Shown here: in pieces, positions 8,780 through 16,538 of the stretch
How the letters are laid out: each line of letters opens with the position of its first letter
How positions within the stretch are numbered: the stretch's first letter is position 1
From: a virus
Virus record (IMG/VR): IMGVR_UViG_3300025465_000001
Direction: 5' to 3' (one strand)
Length of the DNA: 40,045 bases
Made by a program: the position numbers and the translations under genes
Notes under the pieces: generated by a model
The model's input: only the letters and a program-made list of their open reading frames with translations
Told to the model about the DNA's origin: nothing
The model's database searches: none

Positions 8780-9484
8780 TCACGATTTAAAGCTAACTGT
8801 AATTTCGCTAGGTTTGAATCCTGCTGAATATAAGTTATCTGCAAATCCTGCTGTTACAGCTCCTATAAACTGACCTGTTCCGACCTGTATCGTTACATTG
8901 TTGCTATCGTATGAAATAGTGCCTAATGTAGCTGTTACTGAAACTTGGCCCTGTAATGTTATTACTGTGTCATTTGATGTGTAATCAATAGTTCCTAGTG
9001 TTGCGCTTACACTAACGCCACCAGTTAAACCTATACTTACATCATTTGAATCATAGCTAATTGTGCCTAGTGTAGCTACTACATCAACATTACCAAAAAG
9101 ACTTATTGCAGTATCACTTGATAAGTATTCAATCGTGCCTAGGGTTGCTATTACATTTGTTTCGCCTGAAATCTGTATTGATGCGTCATTAGATGAATAA
9201 TCTATTGTGCCAAGCGTGGCGATCACACCAACTGAGCCTGTAATGCCAACAGCAGCATCATTAGAACTATAACTGATCGTGCCTAGCGTAGCGGTAACAT
9301 CTACAGAGCCAGTTAACCCAACTACTACATCGTTAGAGTTATAATCAATTGTTCCAAGTGTTACCGCTATAGATATACCGCTACCACCTGAAGTCGGAAC
9401 TGTATCACCACCGGCGGGTAAAAGTGATTGTTTTGTTATAGTGGTTAGCCCACTATCTCCAAATCCAGGTGTTAACCGTTGCAT
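8780..9484 (-). CDS. Tandem-repeat protein (7 x 24 aa, ATLGTIxYxSNDxxxxxxGxVxVx), fibre-like
   Basis: Repeats are read directly from the translation. ATGA overlap with the upstream beta-helix gene. Confidence 0.7.
   Translation of the reverse strand: MQRLTPGFGDSGLTTITKQSLLPAGGDTVPTSGGSGISIAVTLGTIDYNSNDVVVGLTGSVDVTATLGTISYSSNDAAVGITGSVGVIATLGTIDYSSNDASIQISGETNVIATLGTIEYLSSDTAISLFGNVDVVATLGTISYDSNDVSIGLTGGVSVSATLGTIDYTSNDTVITLQGQVSVTATLGTISYDSNNVTIQVGTGQFIGAVTAGFADNLYSAGFKPSEITVSFKS
8861..9364 (-). repeat. In-frame 72-bp tandem repeat, 7 units
   Basis: GTGCCTAGTGTAGC-like cores recur every 72 bp. They correspond to aa 41-208 of the 234-aa protein. Confidence 0.9.
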
Positions 9485-10767
9485 TATGCTATACCATTAA
9501 CAGTAACGTATGCCGATGAACTGGTTTTGGATAAGCAAGCGTATATTTCAAAGCTCCCTTCTTTGCCTGTTTGGGTCGTAGCTAGTGAGACTTTTTGCTT
9601 AACGTTAGTTCCGCTCAAACCATCCCAAGACTCTATACTTGTCGTTAATACTGCAGAGCTTTGGTTATCTGCTGCTCTAGATGAATCAACAAGATATGAA
9701 GACGTTAAATCATCAGGGTAAATGATCTCAAACCATAATTCAGAATCGGTCAATCCTGTTGTTGTTCCATCTTGCGCTACTTCTATATTAATAGTTTTTG
9801 CTGTTGAAAAATCCGCATGGTCTGTAGCAATTAAAAACCTTACAGCATTAAAAAACTCAGAGGCTGTGGCATTTGTTTCTATTTTATTACTGTGTGAGAA
9901 GTTAACATTAGAAAGCTTTATGGTGCTATCGCTGAACAACTGCCCTTGATTGCTTACTCTATATCTTCTGTTTACTGTATTTGCAGAATCAACCGCTTCG
10001 ATTGTAATATCACAGCCTATTTCGGTAGCGGTTAGTGTACTTAGTGTTGTTGTGTTGGCGTTTAGCCTTGTTCTGGTTATTCTTGCTCTTGAGTTAACGC
10101 CAGACACAACCCTCAATAGGTTATCAGTCTGAAACCCTGAGCAATCAACACCATCTGCGACAATACTAGCGTCTAGCGTAATCCCAAAAGCAGAGTGATT
10201 GGCGTTTTCGGTAATTCTTGATGATGATATTGAACCGCCTAACATTTCAACTACAGTTCTATTTCCAGCAACAACAACTCCACCTACTGAGTTTGTAGAT
10301 TCGTTTGATATATCACAATAGTTATATTCAGAAGAGGTGCCCAATGCGACAGGCCCGACAGATGAAGAACCCGGATTGCCGAACGTACCACATTTTATTG
10401 TACACTCATAAAAAAGACAGTCTGGAGTTCCCGTGGCTTTGCCACCCTCAACCCATACGCCGTTAAAAAATGAAGTGTTACCAGCGAAAGCCAATGTTAT
10501 ATTTGCTGAGGATGATATCTGAGGTGCTGCTGCCTTTTGATAAGTGATAGTGTTAGTGCCGCTAACTGTAGATGATATTATTAGGTTGTTACCTGCTAAT
10601 GTGTAAGTGGTATTAACTCCAATACTTTCACTATGCACAGTTGCTATTATTATTCTGTCTGAAGATATAGAGGCTGTGACAGCTAATGCAAAAGTGATAT
10701 AAGCATTAGCCCATGTAGTGCCATCGTTTAAGCCGACAGCGTTAGAGTTTACAAATATATCTGCCAT
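9484..10767 (-). CDS. Right-handed beta-helix protein (putative tailspike/depolymerase)
   Basis: The N-terminus NSNAVGLNDGTTWANAYITFALAV...DRIII resembles the start of pectate-lyase-fold proteins. The rest is Ser/Thr/Asn/Gly-rich. Confidence 0.7.
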   Translation of the reverse strand: MADIFVNSNAVGLNDGTTWANAYITFALAVTASISSDRIIIATVHSESIGVNTTYTLAGNNLIISSTVSGTNTITYQKAAAPQISSSANITLAFAGNTSFFNGVWVEGGKATGTPDCLFYECTIKCGTFGNPGSSSVGPVALGTSSEYNYCDISNESTNSVGGVVVAGNRTVVEMLGGSISSSRITENANHSAFGITLDASIVADGVDCSGFQTDNLLRVVSGVNSRARITRTRLNANTTTLSTLTATEIGCDITIEAVDSANTVNRRYRVSNQGQLFSDSTIKLSNVNFSHSNKIETNATASEFFNAVRFLIATDHADFSTAKTINIEVAQDGTTTGLTDSELWFEIIYPDDLTSSYLVDSSRAADNQSSAVLTTSIESWDGLSGTNVKQKVSLATTQTGKEGSFEIYACLSKTSSSAYVTVNGIA

Positions 10768-10780
10768 TACTTACCCTTGT

Positions 10781-11176
10781 TTATTTAATGAAGCTTGGTG
10801 GATTAATGCCAAGTAAATACATTGCACCGATAATAGCCGCTATCATAGCAAGCTTACCCGCTGTGCTACTCATACCTGCTTTGATGCCATCGTTAAAGTC
10901 TTGTTGGCTTTTTGCTCTTGTTAATACTGGGATGTATTCGTCGATTTTATTGTTAACTAGGTCGATTGAGCCTCTTAACTGTTTAAGCTCTTCTGCACGA
11001 TACTCTTCTCGAATATCGTGCTCTTTCATCTCAAGAAGCAGGTTGCTTATTTGCTCCGCCACTAACTGAGAAGCTTTTGCAGCGTTTTCTGTTGCTTGTA
11101 AGCACTGTGTTGTTGAGTTCTTTAGTACTTCAATATCAGATTTAATCTGAACTGCTTCTTCTGGACTGATGCTCAT
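10781..11176 (-). CDS. Coiled-coil protein with a C-terminal TM anchor
   Basis: Charged helical body and a C-terminal GKLAMIAAIIGAMYLLGI segment. The track start at 11209 is TTG; the ATG at 11176 is used here. Confidence 0.55.
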   Translation of the reverse strand: MSISPEEAVQIKSDIEVLKNSTTQCLQATENAAKASQLVAEQISNLLLEMKEHDIREEYRAEELKQLRGSIDLVNNKIDEYIPVLTRAKSQQDFNDGIKAGMSSTAGKLAMIAAIIGAMYLLGINPPSFIK

Positions 11177-11193
11177 AAGTTTGTTTTTTATTT

Positions 11194-11715
11194 TTAATGC
11201 GTAGTGCAATTATAACGCAAAGCTGCAACAAAGTAACTATTACAAAACAAGCCGCTGAAGCCGTTAATAATATCGAGTAAGGATCGTCTAATCTTACGCC
11301 ATTCGATAACCGTAAAAATGATATAAAAATGAATGACCATAACGTAATAGATATAAAATTCGTAAAGATGCGTATCAGCTTGTTTATTATAGAGAGCATC
11401 AATACAATTCCAGAGATAAAATAAAACCATGATACCACAAGCAATTTTTGTTTTTAACTTAAAATCGGTTGTGAACAATGTCCTGAGAAGTATAGAGTAT
11501 ATCACCGCCGCCATCAGAGAGTAATTAACACTACTTAGGAAATCAAATATACTTGCTGTACTTGTAAATTCATCAAAAATAAAAGCTACTAAAAAGCAGC
11601 TTCTTTTGGTTGCTAGATAAATAACAATGTAACTAATTAGTAATATATTACTTTTTAGGCTTTGGACTAGGACGTTTGCGCTTTGAAGTTCCCATAAGGA
11701 TAATAACTCAATCAT
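11194..11715 (-). CDS. Polytopic membrane protein (about 5 TM)
   Basis: 173 aa and very hydrophobic. ATG with AAGGAA as SD. Confidence 0.65.
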   Translation of the reverse strand: MIELLSLWELQSANVLVQSLKSNILLISYIVIYLATKRSCFLVAFIFDEFTSTASIFDFLSSVNYSLMAAVIYSILLRTLFTTDFKLKTKIACGIMVLFYLWNCIDALYNKQADTHLYEFYIYYVMVIHFYIIFTVIEWRKIRRSLLDIINGFSGLFCNSYFVAALRYNCTTH

Positions 11716-11730
11716 TGTAAGGTTCCTTGA

Positions 11731-12084
11731 TTATATCACTTCCACTTTAATTTGAATATTGCCGTCTTTAGTTTTTACACCTTTAGTTACTGTTAACCTA
11801 TCAACCTGCTCATCATCAAGCCAGAACTTAGCAACAGAAAGCGCATCGAACGCGGCCTTTGTAAAATTATCAATGTCATACTTTCTTAATGTTGGCGGGT
11901 TTAATATAACACTTACAGATAATCTAGATGATAATTCCTCATTAGACAATCCTATTGAATCAAGAAGCAACAAGGAGTTTTTACGGTACTCTCTGCCACG
12001 CTTGCTAATTATCTGTCTATTTCTAAACGTTCGCCAATACCCGTTTACACTTGGGGGCCATGGCATTTCAAATTCATACGACAT
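11731..12084 (-). CDS. rusA: RusA-type Holliday junction resolvase
   Basis: 117 aa. N-terminal MPWPPSVNGYWR and the later DIDN/LDDEQV acidic motifs match RusA family hallmarks. Confidence 0.85.
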   Translation of the reverse strand: MSYEFEMPWPPSVNGYWRTFRNRQIISKRGREYRKNSLLLLDSIGLSNEELSSRLSVSVILNPPTLRKYDIDNFTKAAFDALSVAKFWLDDEQVDRLTVTKGVKTKDGNIQIKVEVI

Positions 12085-12367
12085 TTAATAAACCCTTATC
12101 AATTAGTTTTTGCTGAGTTCTTTCTAGTGCTGTCAATTTTGCATCGTCAACCATCTCATATCCGTAAATGGCTGGCGCTCTACCGTCTATTACATCATGG
12201 CAATTAGAGCAAGCATATACAGCAAAATGATCGCCGCACTTGCTAGCCATACCTCTATTTTTTCCTATGTGGCAAAGTACAACAGTTTCATTACTTGAGC
12301 AGTTACCAAGTAACAGGGTGCAATCTTCGCCCCTTGCCGATTTAGTTATTTTAGTTTGCTTTGCCAT
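12074..12367 (-). CDS. YbcO/DUF1364-like protein (nin-region type, Zn-binding)
   Basis: ARGEDCTLLLGNC...VLCH...CSNCHDVIDGR parallels E. coli YbcO. The ATG at 12367 (AAGGA as SD) gives a YbcO-sized 97 aa; the alternative start is 12427. Confidence 0.7.
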   Translation of the reverse strand: MAKQTKITKSARGEDCTLLLGNCSSNETVVLCHIGKNRGMASKCGDHFAVYACSNCHDVIDGRAPAIYGYEMVDDAKLTALERTQQKLIDKGLLNVV

Positions 12368-12436
12368 TTTAATTCCTTGGTCTGTATCGTTTTTTAGACT
12401 TGTGTTTTTTATCTTCGCCTTTACCATCTCTAACCA

Positions 12437-12604
12437 TTACTTTAACCACTCCAATAATTTAATTAAAAAGGTTTTCTTTGCTGGTTTATATCCACAATCG
12501 AAACAAAGCTTTTTCTTTCTGCGTTGAGGGTAGTAGCTATCGCCTGAGCGGATATCACAACCTCTTTTACATTTACAGTCCTTTCTCGCTTTAACTAATC
12601 TCAT
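12437..12604 (-). CDS. Small basic Zn-ribbon protein (55 aa)
   Basis: CKCKRGC...CFDCG cysteine pairs. The ATG at 12604 is preceded by AGAGG. The longer track form would include the SD itself. Confidence 0.55.
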   Translation of the reverse strand: MRLVKARKDCKCKRGCDIRSGDSYYPQRRKKKLCFDCGYKPAKKTFLIKLLEWLK

Positions 12605-12620
12605 AATAACCTCTTTTTTA

Positions 12621-12650
12621 AGTATAAGTATCATTAGAAGCGTTAGTCAT
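12621..12650 (-). promoter_or_regulatory. Possible sigma70-like promoter for the leftward nin/late unit
   Basis: Read on the minus strand: ATGACT, 18 nt, TATACT. It ends about 16 nt before the ATG at 12604. Confidence 0.3.
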
Positions 12651-12880
12651 GGATGTAGAGACTAAGCTATCTTATCAATTAAACAATACATACAAGTATC
12701 AACTAGCATTTTATATCCTTATTGGCTGACCAAACCATATAACCATGACAAAACGTTGTTTATCCGCGCTTCTAAACGTAAGTATGTATTGAGTTATTCA
12801 ATATTTGCTAATTATAGTTTAGCTAACTGCGGATTTGTTACGATGATCCGAATTAAATCGGCTGAAAGGAATAGAATTAT

Positions 12881-12992
12881 AGGCAATAAAAAAGGTCTAA
12901 GTTGTTATCTCTGGTCGTGCGGGTTAAATCAATAACCCCAGAAACAACATCTTAAACCTCTCATATCATCTAGGCACGACCCCAAACAACAA
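12881..12992 (-). terminator. Structured element copy A: conserved 5' box, 22-bp stem, 25-nt conserved apex, T6
   Basis: Minus-strand arms GAGGTTTAAGATGTTGTTTCTG and CAGAGATAACAACTTAGACCTT pair as 17 WC, 4 GU and 1 mismatch, followed by TTTTTTATT. Paralogous to 19434-19543. Confidence 0.6.
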
Positions 12993-13044
12993 CTACTATT
13001 TTACACTAACCCTATTAACTTTCAAGTTTATTCCTCTTGCTTAT

Positions 13045-13377
13045 CTAATTACCGTAATTACTAAACTCTTTTCGCTTACTTGCTTCGTGAGTTCTGTAAA
13101 TTCCTATTCTTTCTTCTGCTATTTTCATTCGCCATTGAAACTTAGCATTTGTTTCTGTAGCAATCCTTAGTGCATCTAATAGCTCTAAATATTCAGGATG
13201 AGCATAGGCATAGCTTTCACGCTCCTGCCCTGTTTTATGCCCCTCATCTTTACCCTCTTGCATTAGCATTGCTTTCTTGGACTTTCTGAATTCCCTTAAA
13301 TAAACTTCATCAGCTTTAGCCTTTGCAGCTTCATCTATTGACGATCGCCACTCTTGAAACAGGCTTTCTACGTTCAT
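13045..13377 (-). CDS. Hypothetical protein (110 aa, charged, helical)
   Basis: Last ORF of the leftward early operon. ATGA-type overlap with the upstream ORF. Confidence 0.65.
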   Translation of the reverse strand: MNVESLFQEWRSSIDEAAKAKADEVYLREFRKSKKAMLMQEGKDEGHKTGQERESYAYAHPEYLELLDALRIATETNAKFQWRMKIAEERIGIYRTHEASKRKEFSNYGN

Positions 13378-13682
13378 TTTCTCGAACGCTTAACTAGTAA
13401 GATAGAGTTTTTAATATTAGACTCTGTCATAAAAAATTTATCAGCCAAGTCTTTAATTGATATATTTAAGCATTTATCTATATGTAATTCAGCAAGCATA
13501 ATTGTTGAACGCTTATGTTTCGCCTTTAAATTATCTCTGTTTTTATTAGCTATTGCTGCTGCAGCTCTAAACTTTTCACACTTTGACGATAGCTCGCTAT
13601 TCTTTTTTGCCAGTTCGCCATTCTTTTTTATTAGTGAGTCTATTTTGCTTTGCTGGTTATGATACTGTTTTATCGTGTCCAT
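13374..13682 (-). CDS. Hypothetical coiled-coil protein with possible C-terminal HTH
   Basis: 102 aa. Overlaps neighbouring genes at both ends, suggesting translational coupling. Confidence 0.6.
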   Translation of the reverse strand: MDTIKQYHNQQSKIDSLIKKNGELAKKNSELSSKCEKFRAAAAIANKNRDNLKAKHKRSTIMLAELHIDKCLNISIKDLADKFFMTESNIKNSILLVKRSRK

Positions 13683-13900
13683 TATACACCCGCTACTTTT
13701 GATAAGTGATATACAGAACCGCTTGGTATACCGTTATCTCTGCCAGCTTTAGCTTTTGCCTTTCCATTTCTAATATCACGAACAAAGTTTTCAACATCTT
13801 CTAGCTTGTAAGTTGTGTATGGCTGTATGTTGTGTTTTTTTGCTGGCGGAGTTCCTTTTAGCTCCAATCGCCAATCTCTATACATCGCTGTTAAATTCAT
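13682..13900 (-). CDS. Hypothetical small basic protein (72 aa)
   Basis: The track start at 13984 is TTG. The ATG at 13900 has AAGG 8 nt upstream. The C-terminus GRDNGIPSGSVYHLSKV is HTH-like. Confidence 0.5.
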   Translation of the reverse strand: MNLTAMYRDWRLELKGTPPAKKHNIQPYTTYKLEDVENFVRDIRNGKAKAKAGRDNGIPSGSVYHLSKVAGV

Positions 13901-14027
13901 AATATAAACCTTATTGCTTGTGGGTAGTAAGTTGTTATTACGGCTAATGATATAGCCGCAATTGTTAGATAAATATGTAACCAAGTTTTGTTATTCATAA
14001 GACGACTTCCTTGTCATGTTTGGTTAA

Positions 14028-14534
14028 TTAAAAAGGTGGTGTGTTGTTATTGAATCCATCACCAGGATTATAATTCCCTTGCTGTTGTGGTGCTTGCTGT
14101 TGTTGCTGACCACCAAACCCACCTTGCTGATGATTACTCTGTTTTTGCTGGTAACCGCCTTGCTGTTGCTGTGGTGCTGCTTGTTGTTGTTGTTGTTGAT
14201 TAGGGTTGTTAAAATCACCCAAGCTAGCATTCATCATTTTAAGTTTGATAAACTCTCTACCGTCCTGTTTGCTGGTTTGCTTTTCTACCATTAATTTATC
14301 GCAATTAACTACAACAAAAGAACCTTCTGCAATCGCTTTTCCGTGAAAATCAATTGCTCCTTGTGACTTGGCAAATAAAGCAACACTGTAATTTGTATAT
14401 GAGTCTTCCTTGCCTTGAGTGCCTTTGTTGAACTCTGCAAGCTCAAAACAAAACATTGTGTAATTGCCGTTGTTGTTTTGCCCTGCCTGAATGTGTGGGG
14501 CTTTTCTGATTAATCCTGATACTGTATGTGACAT
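14028..14534 (-). CDS. ssb: Single-stranded DNA-binding protein (putative)
   Basis: OB-fold-sized N-terminal domain, Gln/Gly-rich linker and a C-terminal ...TPPF tip. Adjacent to the exonuclease and RecT genes. Confidence 0.7.
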   Translation of the reverse strand: MSHTVSGLIRKAPHIQAGQNNNGNYTMFCFELAEFNKGTQGKEDSYTNYSVALFAKSQGAIDFHGKAIAEGSFVVVNCDKLMVEKQTSKQDGREFIKLKMMNASLGDFNNPNQQQQQQAAPQQQQGGYQQKQSNHQQGGFGGQQQQQAPQQQGNYNPGDGFNNNTPPF

Positions 14535-14535
14535 G

Positions 14536-15165
14536 TTATTTTCTCTCTTTAGTTAAAATATTAATTAATTCATTCATCTTTTCAACGAATGCGTACACTT
14601 TTGTTTTCATTTCTTCGATGTATTCTTCGTCTCTGTAAACCCTTTGTTGTAAATATCCTGCTGAACATTCAAGGCGAGGATCGAAGCTTAAGAAGTCGCA
14701 CCATTCGCGCTCAGTAACCCATAGTTGCATTTGTATTTGTGCTTTATAGTCTGCGCTGTAATCGTCAGATAATGCGCGTTTAAGCTGTGTTGTGGTGTTC
14801 GGGCATTTAATCTCTAATAACCCTTTGTCACCGACAAGCCCGTCAGGAGAAATACCAACTTGCTCATTGTGCTCAACAAATGCTACCTCTTTAACATCTA
14901 CAAAATCATTGTTTACTGCGTACATTGCTCGAGCTTGTGGCTCTGTTTCCGTACCCCATCGCATTGCGTCATTTTCGAAAAACGGCTTGCTGTTTCCAGT
15001 CAGAATTTCCGCTATCAATTCCATCATGTAACTTTCTGCGGTTTTGCTTGGAGAAGTTCCACGTCCTTTTGTGAGCACGTCTTTTACGCGTGAGGCCGTG
15101 ATTTTTCCGAGCCTTATTTTATGCCAAGCGTCTGACCCTTGTTCACAGGTTTCTATAATATTCAT
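14536..15165 (-). CDS. YqaJ-type (lambda Exo-like) recombination exonuclease
   Basis: QGSDAWHKIRLGKITASR together with later D...E.K-type PD-(D/E)xK residues (LLEIKCP). Confidence 0.85.
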   Translation of the reverse strand: MNIIETCEQGSDAWHKIRLGKITASRVKDVLTKGRGTSPSKTAESYMMELIAEILTGNSKPFFENDAMRWGTETEPQARAMYAVNNDFVDVKEVAFVEHNEQVGISPDGLVGDKGLLEIKCPNTTTQLKRALSDDYSADYKAQIQMQLWVTEREWCDFLSFDPRLECSAGYLQQRVYRDEEYIEEMKTKVYAFVEKMNELINILTKERK

Positions 15166-15998
15166 TATCTCTTTTTCCTCAATAACAATACTGCCGCTGA
15201 TGCTTGATCTTCTGTTACGTCTTCGAACTTATCTACCTTTAACCATGGTAAGTATTGAGCAGGGTCTTTATCAATTAATAAATTCTGCAATTCTCTTATT
15301 GGATTTTCAACAAATGGAGTTACATCTTTTTCAGCAACGATACCTTCGCCGTTATCATTTAACATTTGAATAGCTGAGCCAAGCCTTTCACATTTGGGCC
15401 AGTATTTATAAGCACGCTTAACAACTGTTTTACGAATCATTTCACTTTCGTCAGTTTTCCACGGGCCATTGCCTTTTTTGAATGCTTCAGAGCGAGCGCG
15501 AATATCAAATATTTCTTTTATGCTCATTTCTTCAGTTAGGTAATCACCATCAATAGTTTTAACTGTACAATATGCGCCAACTATTTCACCCCTATCTCCG
15601 AACGTATTAGATAAGTGGCTAGGCTCTTTTGATAAACCTTGATTTTGATAAGTGTCATTAGCGCGAACAATCTTGCATTGGCCCCATAATATAACGCCCG
15701 ATGATTGAGCTAGATGAAGCAACCCCATGTAGCTTAAGTCTAAACAGACACCACCTTTACGCGGCACAAGGTAAGCATGCTTTAACGCTGGGTTCAAACT
15801 GATACCAATGCTTGCTATATTTACAATTGCATTCTGTAGGCTTGCTTGGTTCTTCTCAGCTATACCAGCTAAATAGCTATTTGCTTGAATTGCTTGAATA
15901 GCAAATTGCTTTTCTTTTTCCCAAACTACCGACTCATCAGAAAGAACCGGTAAAAATAAACTTTCCTGGCTGCTGATGTACTCAATTAAATTACTCAT
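15165..15998 (-). CDS. recT: RecT-family single-strand annealing protein
   Basis: GISLNPALKHAYLVPR...GPWKTDESEMIRKTVVKRAYKYWP. The track start at 16013 is TTG; the ATG at 15998 has GAGGA 8 nt upstream. Confidence 0.85.
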   Translation of the reverse strand: MSNLIEYISSQESLFLPVLSDESVVWEKEKQFAIQAIQANSYLAGIAEKNQASLQNAIVNIASIGISLNPALKHAYLVPRKGGVCLDLSYMGLLHLAQSSGVILWGQCKIVRANDTYQNQGLSKEPSHLSNTFGDRGEIVGAYCTVKTIDGDYLTEEMSIKEIFDIRARSEAFKKGNGPWKTDESEMIRKTVVKRAYKYWPKCERLGSAIQMLNDNGEGIVAEKDVTPFVENPIRELQNLLIDKDPAQYLPWLKVDKFEDVTEDQASAAVLLLRKKR

Positions 15999-16194
15999 TA
16001 TCTTCATCCTCAATAAATTTCCACTGCGTCATGCTGTGCGACTGTAATTCATTAATCACGTTATCAACCGATGATTCCAACGGGCAAAAGTCTACTAAGT
16101 GATATGAATAGCCGTGACTGAATACGCTTCCTTTTCTACCGATAATAGCCGCTACCTTTTCAGGTGGGTTTGTTTTTAATGTTACAAATTTCAT
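15991..16194 (-). CDS. Hypothetical protein (67 aa), first gene of the recombination operon
   Basis: ATG at 16194 with AAGGAG as SD. The SD abuts the structured leader. Confidence 0.55.
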   Translation of the reverse strand: MKFVTLKTNPPEKVAAIIGRKGSVFSHGYSYHLVDFCPLESSVDNVINELQSHSMTQWKFIEDEDNE

Positions 16195-16209
16195 TTTTAC
16201 ACTCCTTTG

Positions 16210-16325
16210 TAGTCTGTATAGTGAAATGAGCTAGGGTAGGACTCGAACCTACAAATGGATTTTTAATCCAGAGTCTCCGCAGAAGATATTCCTCAACTAC
16301 TAACTCACTTCACTTATACAGACTA
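16210..16325 (-). ncRNA. tRNA-like cloverleaf closed by a ~25-bp helix (5' leader element; not a canonical tRNA)
   Basis: Minus-strand features: a perfect T-arm GTAGG-TTCGAGT-CCTAC, hairpin TGGA-TTAAAAA-TCCA and hairpin GAGG-AATAT-CTTC. These are enclosed by arms 16300-16325 and 16210-16234, which form 25 bp with 2 GU pairs and 1 bulge. Confidence 0.45.
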
Positions 16326-16538
16326 TTAAAATTAGTCTACTTTTCCTTAGCATTTTAGCTGGCGCGGTATGAACGGGGAAAAGTAGTAAAACGCTTAACC
16401 GCTTTGATGTGATTAAATATACGCTAATTAAAAATGATTGCAAGTAAATTCCATACTATTTTTCATATTCTTTTTGGTATTGCTTTTGCGCTAGTTATAG
16501 CTTACTATTCAGTTAACTTAAATAAACAGGTATTAACA

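Noticed and set aside
8861-9364. CRISPR-like or non-coding tandem array
   Set aside because: The repeats are contiguous 72-bp units with no spacers. They are in frame and translate into a regular 24-aa protein repeat.
11142-11444. 100-aa ORF overlapping the 173-aa membrane protein gene in another frame
   Set aside because: It has a TTG start and no SD. It lies entirely inside or overlapping better-supported ORFs, and its hydrophobic translation reflects T-rich codons.
14024-14294. ORFs 14024..14230 (-) and 14079..14294 (+)
   Set aside because: They are generated by the CAA/TTG low-complexity DNA that encodes the SSB Gln-rich linker. The translations are poly-Leu/Asn-type.
16231-16307. Possible bona fide tRNA gene on the minus strand (perfect GGTTCGAGTCC T-arm)
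   Set aside because: The best 7-bp acceptor pairing has a mismatch and there is no D-arm with the conserved G18/G19. About 10 extra nt lie between the D-like and anticodon-like arms. The anticodon stem has only 4 bp, and the anticodon would be AAA. It is reported as a tRNA-like structured element instead.
16434-16538. N-terminal hydrophobic extension of the 86-aa ORF
   Set aside because: The extension overlaps the likely promoter sequence (TTGCTT-17-TACTAT). The downstream ATG at 16539 gives a compact RHH-like protein. The longer form cannot be excluded.
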